A DNA stretch of 32,000 nt from Candidatus Saccharimonadota bacterium (GTDB taxonomy: Bacteria; Patescibacteriota; Gracilibacteria; UBA4473). A program made the position numbers and the translations under genes. Below the pieces are notes generated by a model. The model worked only from the letters and a program-made list of their open reading frames with translations, searched no databases and was not told the DNA's origin. Shown piece by piece: positions 18,205 through 26,342 of the stretch; within the stretch, counting starts at the first letter, position 1; every line of letters begins with the position of its first letter. The stretch lies in the NCBI GenBank assembly GCA_965228485.1, contig OZ245819.1, positions 270,001 to 302,000 on the forward strand. The letters run 5' to 3'.

Positions 18205-20151
18205 CTAAGAAGGTTTTCTAACGATCTTAATAGTACCATCCTCTTGTGTTTCAATTGTGAAGGTAGTTTCCGACTCAATCCTAGTTCTAATTTCTCTTAA
18301 TTTATCTCCAGACAAGTCTCCAAAGTCTTTTTCAGATGTTACTCCAAAATCTGCTGGATTTATAACCTGTCCCTCTGTGAGGCCTGTTGCTATGGCCCCT
18401 GCAAGTTTGCTTTCATCGAAAGTAACTGTTGTAGGTCCACTTCTATCTGGATCAGGAGTCCCACTCGTATCTGCTGCGAATATTTTAGCAGCATTAGCAG
18501 CATTCCCGAGATCTCCAGCACTAGAAATCCCCAGTGCAGTTCTATCTCCTTCGGATAAATGACTAAATACTTGTGTCTGAAGTTGTGTATTACTGGCTAG
18601 AATAGACTGTGTAACACCATTGGCTGCTAAGATAGACTTAATTTCTTGAAGCGTAGCTCGATTTCTTCCAAATTGAGTAGCCAATTTATTTCTCGCTTTA
18701 TCAGCTTTAGCTGTATCTTGTGCTCCTCCCGTGAAGGATTCCCTTAAGCCAGTTGGCCCACTATCGGACCTCATTCTATTTCTTGCACTAGCCATACCTT
18801 GATTGATATTTCCAACGTTAGCTAGTGTTCCCATTCCAGGAATTTTAATCTGATCTGCCCCCCAAGTCATAGCCGTTTTAGCCATCCCAGATCCGAAGTT
18901 CTGGATTCCTTGAACCACTCCTTGTACGTCTTCGATATCTTTAAGTGCTAGGAATACAGCTTTCCAGAAGAGAACGACAATAAATATTTTCCAAACAAAC
19001 TGCCATCCTTTGAATTTCTCATCTCCCCAGAAAGGTTTTAATGGTGCCCCTGGTTCAATATATTCTGTATAGAATTGAGGGGCTGGCACCACCGCATCTA
19101 AAGTTGCAATCAACACAAAGGTAAAGGCAAATACAGCCGCTACTTTCATCGGTACAATCAAATAATTCCAGAAACGTCCATTAATCTGTTGGAACGCATC
19201 TCCACTCCACCCCAGTACCCAACCGGTAACCAGAATCGGAGATAAGAGTATCATTACCCACATCATTACCACTCGGACAATAAGTACCACGAAGACGGCC
19301 ACAAGGGCCAATATATAGGCCACTGCCATAACGAAAGAGAAAAGAGCATTGTCTAAGACAGCCCAAATACTTTTGGAATTCGCCGCTAAAATTGGAAGCG
19401 ACTCAAGTCTCATAAAATGAACTCCAAAAGCCAGAATAATATTTTTCTTTTCTGGATCTTGTAGTTGATCTACTTCGATTTTATCTTTTACCTTGAAGAG
19501 ACAATAATCCTTATTTGGATCCTTACTTTTACAAAAGGTATCATTAATAATATCCCTTACTGGCGTACATGGTTTACCCGCACTTTGATCTTTACAAACA
19601 GTGTATTTCTTCGTATCAACTTTTAGATCCATCATCTCTTGGACATCCTTTGTTCCCTTTGCATCAATAGCCGTATCGGCAATAGTCAAGAGACCAATCG
19701 TTCCAACGTAAGTAGCATCTACCAGAACTTTCACTGCTAGAAGTGAAAAATTCACGGCTACTAGCCCAAGAATAATCTTCCCAAGCTTCGCTTTAATTGA
19801 CCAGTTTGAAGATTCTCCTGAAGTCAGAAGATTAATCATGATTACCGCCAAAAGAACAATCACAAAGACCATGTTCATGATATTTCGAATAAACATCCAC
19901 ATTGGTTTTAATGCGGCAATAATATCTGGGCCTGTAATCAAATCAGTCCCCCATAAAGGTGGCATGAATTGTAGCAAAATCAATGTTGCCGCCGTTAGAA
20001 TATGAACTAACGCGGACATTGTTTGAGCAAAATTCTCTAGAGCCGGAGATCGTGCTGCATTCGTTGCAAAAGCCATTTCCGGCATAAAAAATGTTGCTAC
20101 TAGAAAGGCAAAGGCCACAAGTGGAAGTGATTTTGTAAAAAATCGTTTCAT
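18205..20151 (-). CDS. Polytopic membrane protein with signal peptide, a Cys-containing external loop and a long soluble C-terminal tail; VirB6/TrbL-like by topology only
   Basis: 648 aa with signal peptide MKRFFTKSLPLVAFAFLVATFFMPEMAFA. There are at least six long hydrophobic helices. A 4-Cys loop reads VCKDQSAGKPCTPVRDIINDTFCKSKDPNKDYC. The C-terminal tail of about 230 aa is hydrophilic. The functional label is inferred from architecture and from linkage to a VirB4-like gene. Confidence 0.45.
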   Translation of the reverse strand: MKRFFTKSLPLVAFAFLVATFFMPEMAFATNAARSPALENFAQTMSALVHILTAATLILLQFMPPLWGTDLITGPDIIAALKPMWMFIRNIMNMVFVIVLLAVIMINLLTSGESSNWSIKAKLGKIILGLVAVNFSLLAVKVLVDATYVGTIGLLTIADTAIDAKGTKDVQEMMDLKVDTKKYTVCKDQSAGKPCTPVRDIINDTFCKSKDPNKDYCLFKVKDKIEVDQLQDPEKKNIILAFGVHFMRLESLPILAANSKSIWAVLDNALFSFVMAVAYILALVAVFVVLIVRVVMMWVMILLSPILVTGWVLGWSGDAFQQINGRFWNYLIVPMKVAAVFAFTFVLIATLDAVVPAPQFYTEYIEPGAPLKPFWGDEKFKGWQFVWKIFIVVLFWKAVFLALKDIEDVQGVVQGIQNFGSGMAKTAMTWGADQIKIPGMGTLANVGNINQGMASARNRMRSDSGPTGLRESFTGGAQDTAKADKARNKLATQFGRNRATLQEIKSILAANGVTQSILASNTQLQTQVFSHLSEGDRTALGISSAGDLGNAANAAKIFAADTSGTPDPDRSGPTTVTFDESKLAGAIATGLTEGQVINPADFGVTSEKDFGDLSGDKLREIRTRIESETTFTIETQEDGTIKIVRKPS

Positions 20152-20175
20152 GAATTAATTCGAATAAATCCCTCC

Positions 20176-20184
20176 ATTATACCA
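20176..20184 (-). promoter_or_regulatory. Extended -10 element TGGTATAAT upstream of the 648-aa gene
   Basis: The minus strand reads TTTTCTGGTATAATGGAGGG, about 25 nt upstream of ATG 20151. Confidence 0.4.
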
Positions 20185-20251
20185 GAAAATCACTAAAAAA
20201 ACAACGATAAAATATTAATTTAGTCGCTATAAAATCTCCTTAAATACGAAA

Positions 20252-22459
20252 TTAAGTGGTCACACTAAATCTATCGGCTGGTAAAACTCTAAAATTCCCT
20301 GTATTTCCAACATCAAACTCAAATCTATCATCTCTAAATCGAATTTTTAAAGTCGTTGATTCCCCTCCTGGCGTGTCTTCTGTAGCATTTCTGATAGTTA
20401 ATCCACGAGAAAGCTCGCTTGTAATTTTCCTATAAGGATAAGTAGCTCCAGCACCAATAATTCTTTGAATTCTATCAAAAAAGCTCCCAGTCCGTTCAAA
20501 ATTATAGCTTTTCCCATCTAAGTTAATTTTTATTTTTCCTTTATTCCCGACTTTAGAGGCAAATTCTCGGAGCTTTCTAAACTCGTAGAAAATTTTATGA
20601 AAGCTATCAACATTATTAATGATATTTGAATCAATACCAGAGGCTCTAAGTCCCTGTAAAAAAGAATTTCTAAGCGTTAATCTAGATTTTTGATTCGTAA
20701 CATCGTTGGCAAAAGCCCTGAAATTATCGTTCCCCTGAATTGAAATTCCTGCCCCAATAATAGCCGCTTTAAGAGCTTCGTTAGGCATGATTACTCCATA
20801 CTTCACTAATTCATCGTAAGTTGATTCGGCATCTTTCTTAATAGCACTATCAATATCACGATAAGGTTTTTTTCCTGAAAATAGGGTCTTCAGATTTTCA
20901 TCATCACGATTTTTCATCATATCACCTGGAGTGGTCTCTGTTTTATCTCTATTCGGAAATAACGCCCCTTTAACCATATTAAACTCTAAATCTAACATGC
21001 TCATAAACGCCCAAACCGCCACAATCGATCCTGAAAAACCAAGATCTCCAATAACCTCAAATACGTCATTATAGCTAAATTCTCCTCGAAGCTGCCCCCC
21101 TAAACGTTGATTTAGCTTCGCAAAACGAGGATCGTTTTTTACGTCCACTAATTGTGCCTGGCTAATATCTTGTGGATGGAAAGCCTGGTTGAGGTCCTCT
21201 ATAGAATTTAATTGTCCAGATTTAATCTTTTGTTTTGCCAGCTCCAGCTGATTGGCAAGATTCGGCATCACTTGTTTTTGACTGTCAGGCGCTAATTCTA
21301 GATTACTAGACTTACGAATCATTGATACATACATCCCTATAAGATATTTTTGTTTTTCTTCTGTACTCAGGGTTCCTCCACGGAAACGTTTCACCATTAT
21401 GGCAAAAGATTCTTGTGGATCCACTAAGTTCTCCGTTTGTGCCATAAACTCCGCTGCAGCATTAACTTGATCTTGTGTTGGAGCTGGCGCGTTTTGTCCA
21501 GCTCTAATAGCGAATAGATAATCAATAATCGGACGAATTGCCGCTGGTGCATATCGACTTTCTTGTTTCAAGAGCTCCATAGTTTGATTTGCCATATTTC
21601 GCATTTCTGGATTCAACTTTTGAAACGCCTCAGGATCAAAAGGATAGGCCATAAATTTTGGCATCAAATTAATGTACTCTGAAAAGAGGTTGCTCAAAGC
21701 TTCCGTGTTTCCTTGAAAACCATAATCAATCCCTTTCACTAGCCCTATAGCGGTTGCCGCATTAAATCCTAATACTGATCCAATTCCTCTTCCTGCAACT
21801 CCCACGGTTTCATGTAAAGCTTTTGTGGCATTTGGACTTTGGAGCGCAAAACCAGTTAAAGCTCCCGCCATAATCATTCCTTTACCAAAACCACTTGTAT
21901 CTTTACCAGCATTAAAACCCCACCAAAGAAGTCCTGCTCCCACCGCTGTAGAACCAATAGTAGAAGTAACGTTTAGGTTTGCTAAATCTGCGGGGATATT
22001 AGCCAACTTTCCTCCAATAGAATCTATTCGAGCGCTGGCCATTGTCGCTACATCCGCCCACTGAGAATCGGTCATATGAATATTCTGAGCCGCCAATTTA
22101 GCTCGAACATTTGCCTCTACCTGAGCTTTCACCGAAGTTAAAACGGATGGATTACGTAGTACATAATCCACTCTTTGTTCTTGGGTTAAGTTATTCCATT
22201 TTGGTACAACTTTCGCTAATTCTTTTTCAAGTTCTTCACCAGAAATACTATGGATCATATCAATCTCTAATAACCCTCTTTCTAGAGAGGACTCCACCAG
22301 GGCCACTTCCTCTGCAGGTCTTCTAGCGGCTTCCCTTTGAGCCTCTAACTGAGCTCGAGACTCTTTGGCTTGAGCACGCAAAAGCGCCTCAGAGGGTGCT
22401 CCTCTTGTTATTCCAGGAATTTGATCCCCTCTTGCTAAATCCTGCTCAACTCGTCCCAT
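20252..22459 (-). CDS. Hypothetical 735-aa protein with an Arg/Ala-rich N-terminus and Gly-rich hydrophobic segments
   Basis: Long ORF whose start lies 12 nt after the stop of the upstream 170-aa gene. Residues about 165-250 (TSTIGSTAVGAGLLWWGFNAG...GMIMAGALTGFAL...VGVAGRGIGSVLGFNAATAIGLV) look membrane-inserting. I recognise no family. Confidence 0.7.
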   Translation of the reverse strand: MGRVEQDLARGDQIPGITRGAPSEALLRAQAKESRAQLEAQREAARRPAEEVALVESSLERGLLEIDMIHSISGEELEKELAKVVPKWNNLTQEQRVDYVLRNPSVLTSVKAQVEANVRAKLAAQNIHMTDSQWADVATMASARIDSIGGKLANIPADLANLNVTSTIGSTAVGAGLLWWGFNAGKDTSGFGKGMIMAGALTGFALQSPNATKALHETVGVAGRGIGSVLGFNAATAIGLVKGIDYGFQGNTEALSNLFSEYINLMPKFMAYPFDPEAFQKLNPEMRNMANQTMELLKQESRYAPAAIRPIIDYLFAIRAGQNAPAPTQDQVNAAAEFMAQTENLVDPQESFAIMVKRFRGGTLSTEEKQKYLIGMYVSMIRKSSNLELAPDSQKQVMPNLANQLELAKQKIKSGQLNSIEDLNQAFHPQDISQAQLVDVKNDPRFAKLNQRLGGQLRGEFSYNDVFEVIGDLGFSGSIVAVWAFMSMLDLEFNMVKGALFPNRDKTETTPGDMMKNRDDENLKTLFSGKKPYRDIDSAIKKDAESTYDELVKYGVIMPNEALKAAIIGAGISIQGNDNFRAFANDVTNQKSRLTLRNSFLQGLRASGIDSNIINNVDSFHKIFYEFRKLREFASKVGNKGKIKINLDGKSYNFERTGSFFDRIQRIIGAGATYPYRKITSELSRGLTIRNATEDTPGGESTTLKIRFRDDRFEFDVGNTGNFRVLPADRFSVTT

Positions 22460-22471
22460 GAAAGTGGTTAA

Positions 22472-22984
22472 TTACAATTTCAGAGCTCTAATCCATAGAT
22501 CGGTAAGAGCTTCTTTCTGTGAATTTTTTGGTAACTCTTCAATATTGGCTTTATCCAAAACTTTATGAATTTTACTATTAGAAATTTCTTCTAACTGTAA
22601 AATTACTCGATCTGATCGTTTCACAGAATATTCAAAAACCAATAGTCGAGCATGGATATCATCTAGAATCCAATACCCTCGAAATTTATCCCAAGGAAAA
22701 ATATTTCTTTTATCCAAAATGAGTGCATTTTCAAAAATTTCGATCTCGTGCTCTCTCTCTGCATCTCGATGAATCCAGAAATAAACGGCCGCTACAAAAC
22801 AAAAAGTAAAGGCGCTTACCCATCCCCATTCTTTATCCCACCAGAGGAAAAATATCGCACTTCCAAACATTACTCCACAAAACCCGATATGCCAGAGCAG
22901 ACCTCTTTCATGCGGGTGATAGTCTGGCGCACTCCAATTGATAAGTTTTTTTCCAAGCCGAATTTTTGGTTTTTCTTTACCCAT
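22472..22984 (-). CDS. Small membrane protein: two TM helices followed by a beta-rich (PH-like?) C-terminal domain
   Basis: 170 aa. After a basic N-terminus comes W-S-A-P-D-Y...LLWHIGFCGVMFGSAIFFLWW...WVSAFTFCFVAAVYFWI. The PH-like assignment is an inference from this architecture. Confidence 0.65.
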   Translation of the reverse strand: MGKEKPKIRLGKKLINWSAPDYHPHERGLLWHIGFCGVMFGSAIFFLWWDKEWGWVSAFTFCFVAAVYFWIHRDAEREHEIEIFENALILDKRNIFPWDKFRGYWILDDIHARLLVFEYSVKRSDRVILQLEEISNSKIHKVLDKANIEELPKNSQKEALTDLWIRALKL

Positions 22985-23005
22985 GGGGAAAATATTAATC
23001 CCCAG

Positions 23006-23014
23006 ATTATAACA
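23006..23014 (-). promoter_or_regulatory. Extended -10 element TGTTATAAT upstream of the 170-aa/735-aa/648-aa gene set
   Basis: The minus strand reads AGTATGTTATAATCTGG, placing TATAAT 21 nt upstream of ATG 22984. The short leader contains the hairpin GGGGA-N9-TCCCC, which abuts the ATG. Confidence 0.45.
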
Positions 23015-23044
23015 TACTTTTATAAATTTTAAAAGTCAGAAATT

Positions 23045-25669
23045 TTACTGATTTTTCCGAACAAAGATCTTTTGGATTTCGACAACAACCAAAGGAATCA
23101 CACAACTCAAAAGTACCACTCCCCAATCATGTAAATCTAGCGGTGTGGTTTTTAGTATATCATTAAGAAACGGAACGTAGATCATCAAAAGCGTCATCAA
23201 GATTGAGGTCATAACAGCCACAAGCATAAAGTGGTTTTTCAGTGGATTCATCTGAAACACTGATCGAGAGAACGATCGGGCAGAAAAAGCGTTTACTAAT
23301 TGAACCATAACCAGACAAACAAAAGCTACCGTCGTTGCGTGCGCAAACTCTTCATTTGTTGGCATTCCAAAGGCCCAACCATCATTAAATATGGTATAAA
23401 GGAAGGCAATCGTCATCACCACCCCAATAGAACATCCTGTAAATAAAAAGTTCAGCACAAAATGACGATTCATTACCTTTTGTTTCGTATCTCGAGGAGG
23501 CTGTTTCATAAGGTCTCTTGATGGATTATCGACCCCCAATGCAATAGCTGGCAAGATATCGGTTCCCAAATCAATACACAGGATAAGAATCGCCGTTAAT
23601 GGCAATGGGAAATTGAAAAGAATAGCTGCAAAAATTACAAATAACTCTGCAATATTACAAGAGAAGATAAACCACACGAACTTTCTTAGATTTTCATAAA
23701 TCCTTCTCCCCTCTTCCACCGCTGTAACAATAGAGGCAAAAGAGTCATTAAGTAATATCATTGTAGCGGCTTCTTTACTTACTTCCGTTCCGGTAATTCC
23801 CATAGCAACTCCAATATCAGCTTTTTTAAGGGCTGGTGCATCATTAACTCCATCCCCTGTCATCGCCACAATTTCACCTTGTTCTTGAAGAAGGCGAACA
23901 ATTCTCATTTTCTGTTCTGGCAGACTCCGAGCAAAGATCAAAGATCGGTCTCTGTCTGATAACATTCTCCTTAATTCCTCATCTTCAATATTTTTTACCT
24001 CACCTCCAGTAAGGACTTTTACGTTCTTTCCTCTTACAATACCTAGTTCTCGAGCAATCGCTTCTGCTGTGATTCCAAAATCTCCCGTAATTACTACTAC
24101 TCGTATCCCTGCGGTACGACATTTAGCAACCGCTCTTCTTACCTCACTACGAGGTGGATCGATCATTCCTACTAACCCTAAAAATACTAGATTTGATTCT
24201 GCTTCTTCAGCATTTTCGGGTAATTTCCCATCAATAGATCTTTCCGCAAAGGCCAAAACTCTCAAAGCATTCTCAGCCATTCGCTCATAATGGGCTTTGA
24301 TTTTGATTCGCTTAGCCTCTGTCATTTCTTGAACAGAAACTCCATCAGACCAATGTGTACACTGTTCTAGAACTTGGTCAGGAGAACCTTTGACCAATAC
24401 TTTCCCTTGAGAAACTACCGACATCATTTTTCGATCAGAATCGAATGGGAAAATATCATCTACCGTTGCTGGATGAATCCCACTTTTTTCAAGGTCAACA
24501 ATTTTGTCCTTATAATAAAGAGTCAAAAGCGCTCCTTCTGTCGGATCTCCAAGAATCTGAAAACGATTTTCTTTTTCAACAAGCTTCGCCTCATTACACC
24601 GATAACAAACATCTAGTAAAGCATTTTTGAGATCGGTGTTTTCTTTTGTATTTTTTTGTCCTCCCACATAATTAAGTTTTCCTGAGTGAGGTTCGTACCC
24701 TACTCCCGACACATGAAAGATAGAACGATCCGCTAAATAAATCTCACGAACCGTCATTTCATTCTTTGTCAAAGTTCCGGTCTTATCAGAACAAATTGTG
24801 GTTACCGCCCCAAGGGTTTCAACCGATGATAGTTTCTTGATGATCGCCTTTTTTCGAGCCAGTACCGTCGCCCCCAAAGCAAGCGCAATGGTAATGGTCG
24901 TTGGCAAACCTTCTGGGACCGCTGCAATAGCTACCGATACGGAAAAGAGCAAGCTCTGAACAATCGTATAATCTCTAAATAATCCCACTAAAAATAGGAA
25001 GACACAGATGACAATCGTTACTTTCGTTACAAAGACTCCAATACGCTGAAGTTCGATTTGAAGTGGAGATTTCACCTTTACCGTTTCTGTGGTTAGACGA
25101 GCAATCTCACCAAACTTGGTATCCATTCCTGTTTTTATCACCTCAAACATTCCTGATCCTCTCGCAATAGAAGTCCCCATAAATACCACATCTTCTGCTT
25201 TTTTCTCCAGAGGCAGGCTTTCTCCTGTTAGGGCCGATTCTTCGATCTTTAAAGAGTGGGCTTCAACTAGACGCCCGTCAGCTGGCACTTTATCCCCTTC
25301 TCCCAAGACAACAATATCTCCTGGGACAATCGATTCGGTCAAAATCATCTTTTCCTCTCCGTCTCGGAAAACCCGAATTTCTGGATGCACCATCTTTTTT
25401 AGCGCCTCCAATGTCTTCTCTGTTCTAAATTCCTGAAAAAATCCAATCCCCGCATTTAATAATACAATCCCAAAGATCACGTAACTATCAACTGGATCGT
25501 GACTTAAGAAATAGGACACAACAGCCGCTAATACCAAAATTACTACGAGCAAGTCGGTAAATTGTGAAAACAATATTTTATACCAAGGGTTTGATTTTTT
25601 GGCCTTAAGAAGGTTTTTACCAAACTCAGCCAACCTTTTTTCCGCTTCTTTTTGTGAAAGCCCTTTCAT
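23045..25669 (-). CDS. Cation-transporting P-type ATPase, P2 (Ca2+-ATPase-like) subfamily
   Basis: It has the phosphorylation motif ICSDKTGTLT, the TM4 motif AAVPEGLP and the hinge MTGDGVNDAPALKKADIGVAMG. I place the start at Met36 (ATG 25669-25667). MKGLSQKEAEKRLAEFGKNLL is the canonical N-terminus, and the longer 909-aa ORF would run across promoter-like sequence. Confidence 0.9.
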   Translation of the reverse strand: MKGLSQKEAEKRLAEFGKNLLKAKKSNPWYKILFSQFTDLLVVILVLAAVVSYFLSHDPVDSYVIFGIVLLNAGIGFFQEFRTEKTLEALKKMVHPEIRVFRDGEEKMILTESIVPGDIVVLGEGDKVPADGRLVEAHSLKIEESALTGESLPLEKKAEDVVFMGTSIARGSGMFEVIKTGMDTKFGEIARLTTETVKVKSPLQIELQRIGVFVTKVTIVICVFLFLVGLFRDYTIVQSLLFSVSVAIAAVPEGLPTTITIALALGATVLARKKAIIKKLSSVETLGAVTTICSDKTGTLTKNEMTVREIYLADRSIFHVSGVGYEPHSGKLNYVGGQKNTKENTDLKNALLDVCYRCNEAKLVEKENRFQILGDPTEGALLTLYYKDKIVDLEKSGIHPATVDDIFPFDSDRKMMSVVSQGKVLVKGSPDQVLEQCTHWSDGVSVQEMTEAKRIKIKAHYERMAENALRVLAFAERSIDGKLPENAEEAESNLVFLGLVGMIDPPRSEVRRAVAKCRTAGIRVVVITGDFGITAEAIARELGIVRGKNVKVLTGGEVKNIEDEELRRMLSDRDRSLIFARSLPEQKMRIVRLLQEQGEIVAMTGDGVNDAPALKKADIGVAMGITGTEVSKEAATMILLNDSFASIVTAVEEGRRIYENLRKFVWFIFSCNIAELFVIFAAILFNFPLPLTAILILCIDLGTDILPAIALGVDNPSRDLMKQPPRDTKQKVMNRHFVLNFLFTGCSIGVVMTIAFLYTIFNDGWAFGMPTNEEFAHATTVAFVCLVMVQLVNAFSARSFSRSVFQMNPLKNHFMLVAVMTSILMTLLMIYVPFLNDILKTTPLDLHDWGVVLLSCVIPLVVVEIQKIFVRKNQ

Positions 25670-25746
25670 ATTTATATTTATTTTAAGATTCAAAGCGCAT
25701 TCTAGCACAAAGATACAATCAAATTTAAAAAAATGTTTTAAAGTAG

Positions 25747-25775
25747 TTGAAAAAAGATTGAAAATCTGATACAAT
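25747..25775 (+). promoter_or_regulatory. Near-consensus sigma70-type promoter TTGAAA-17 nt-TACAAT facing the 568-bp intergenic region
   Basis: TTGAAA is at 25747-25752 and TACAAT at 25770-25775, with exactly 17 nt between them. The predicted transcription start is near 25781. Confidence 0.45.
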
Positions 25776-25780
25776 GCTCT

Positions 25781-25975
25781 GTTCTTTTTCAGAACGATTC
25801 CTTTTGGGAGGGATCTCGACTTAGCTCCGTTGGCACCTTTATGGACTATGCAACGAGTGTTGCTGAGTCGAGTTCTCTCCTGGCCTTCCTCTCTTCTATA
25901 AAGTTGTACTTTATAAAACTAGAGAGAAGACCCAGAACCAGTCTTGCTTCGGGTTTTACCTCTCGCCTACCCCCA
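25781..25975 (+). ncRNA. Candidate structured non-coding RNA or leader of unknown family
   Basis: Four consecutive hairpins start at the predicted transcription start.
- H0, 25781-25795: 5 bp.
- H1, 25807-25880: about 24 bp (18 bp in 25807-25825/25862-25880, then 6 bp in 25827-25832/25851-25857). The only disruptions are one U-U mismatch, a small internal loop and one bulged A. It contains two G-U pairs (25811-25876 and 25822-25865), which become A-C mismatches on the minus strand and so favour + strand transcription.
- H2, 25885-25929: 7+6+3 bp.
- H3, 25930-25954: 7 bp.
The region has no ORF. I could not match it to tmRNA, RNase P, SRP or a known riboswitch. Confidence 0.35.
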
Positions 25976-26072
25976 AAAAAACAAAAGATAAAAAACAAAT
26001 ATAAATAACAAAGAGCGTGTTATCCGCTCAAGAAAAATCGATAACAGGAAGGATTTAAAAAGGAGAAATTTT

Positions 26073-26129
26073 AAAAAAAACACTGCTCGCCCCTCTGATA
26101 TATCGGGAAAAATGAGCAGTGTTTTTTTT
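26073..26129 (+). terminator. Intrinsic terminator (bidirectional-looking) in the intergenic region upstream of the VirB4-like gene
   Basis: An 8-bp stem pairs CACTGCTC (26081-26088) with GAGCAGTG (26114-26121). An A8 run (26073-26080) and a T8 run (26122-26129) flank it. The 25-nt loop may carry an inner CCC/GGG stem and contains one GATATATC box. Confidence 0.55.
26097..26104. promoter_or_regulatory. Palindromic box GATATATC, copy 1, in C-rich context (CCCCTCT-GATATATC-GGG)
   Basis: Read directly from the sequence. A second copy lies exactly 60 bp downstream. Confidence 0.3.
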
Positions 26130-26156
26130 ACTTTTAGTCGGAATAGTTTCCCCCTA

Positions 26157-26164
26157 GATATATC
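26157..26164. promoter_or_regulatory. Palindromic box GATATATC, copy 2 (CCCCCTA-GATATATC-CCC)
   Basis: Read directly from the sequence; it lies 179 bp upstream of the VirB4-like ATG. Confidence 0.3.
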
Positions 26165-26304
26165 CCCTTAAATTTAGGAATAAAAAATTCTTAGTGAGCC
26201 CAAGAGATCCCAAAAAATTTTATAAAGACTTTGATATGATTTTAAGGACTCTTTTTAATAAAGACTCTAAAAAAACATTTATCAAAAAACTCAAATACTT
26301 CGCA

Positions 26305-26333
26305 TTGAAAAAAACCTCAATTTCAGCTATAAT
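26305..26333 (+). promoter_or_regulatory. Sigma70-type promoter TTGAAA-17 nt-TATAAT immediately upstream of the VirB4-like gene
   Basis: TTGAAA is at 26305-26310 and TATAAT at 26328-26333, with 17 nt between them. The ATG at 26343 is only 9 nt from the -10, so the mRNA would be leaderless or nearly so. The intervening GAAGGGA could instead serve as a ribosome-binding site for a longer transcript. Confidence 0.45.
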
Positions 26334-26342
26334 GAAGGGATT

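Noticed and set aside
25670-25774. 35-codon N-terminal extension of the P-type ATPase in the ORF track (909-aa version starting MYQIFNLFSTTLKHFFKF...)
   Set aside because: The extension is hydrophobic, AT-rich junk-like sequence with no counterpart in P-type ATPases. Met36 gives the canonical MKGLSQKEAEKRLAEFGKNLL start. The extension also overlaps promoter-like elements on both strands: TAGAAT at 25699-25704 on the minus strand and TTGAAA-17-TACAAT on the plus strand.
25781-25975. Assigning the structured RNA to tmRNA, RNase P RNA, SRP RNA, 6S RNA or the M-box (as a minus-strand leader of the P-type ATPase)
   Set aside because: - tmRNA: no tRNA-like 3' end or CCA-adjacent T-arm.
- RNase P: no GGAAAGUCC or ACAGAA-type conserved regions.
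- SRP: no GGAA/AGCA helix-8 motif.
- 6S: the 5' and 3' ends do not form a long closing helix.
- M-box: the G-U pairs favour the plus strand, and the M-box conserved blocks (GUUAGGUGAGGCU...) are absent.
26019-26044. lac-operator-like string GAGCGGATAAC (minus strand) within the hairpin GAGCG-N7-CGCTC
   Set aside because: It is an 11-nt coincidence with lacO. The local symmetry differs from LacI-family operators and no LacI-type gene is nearby. I treat it as a minor hairpin inside the A-rich spacer.
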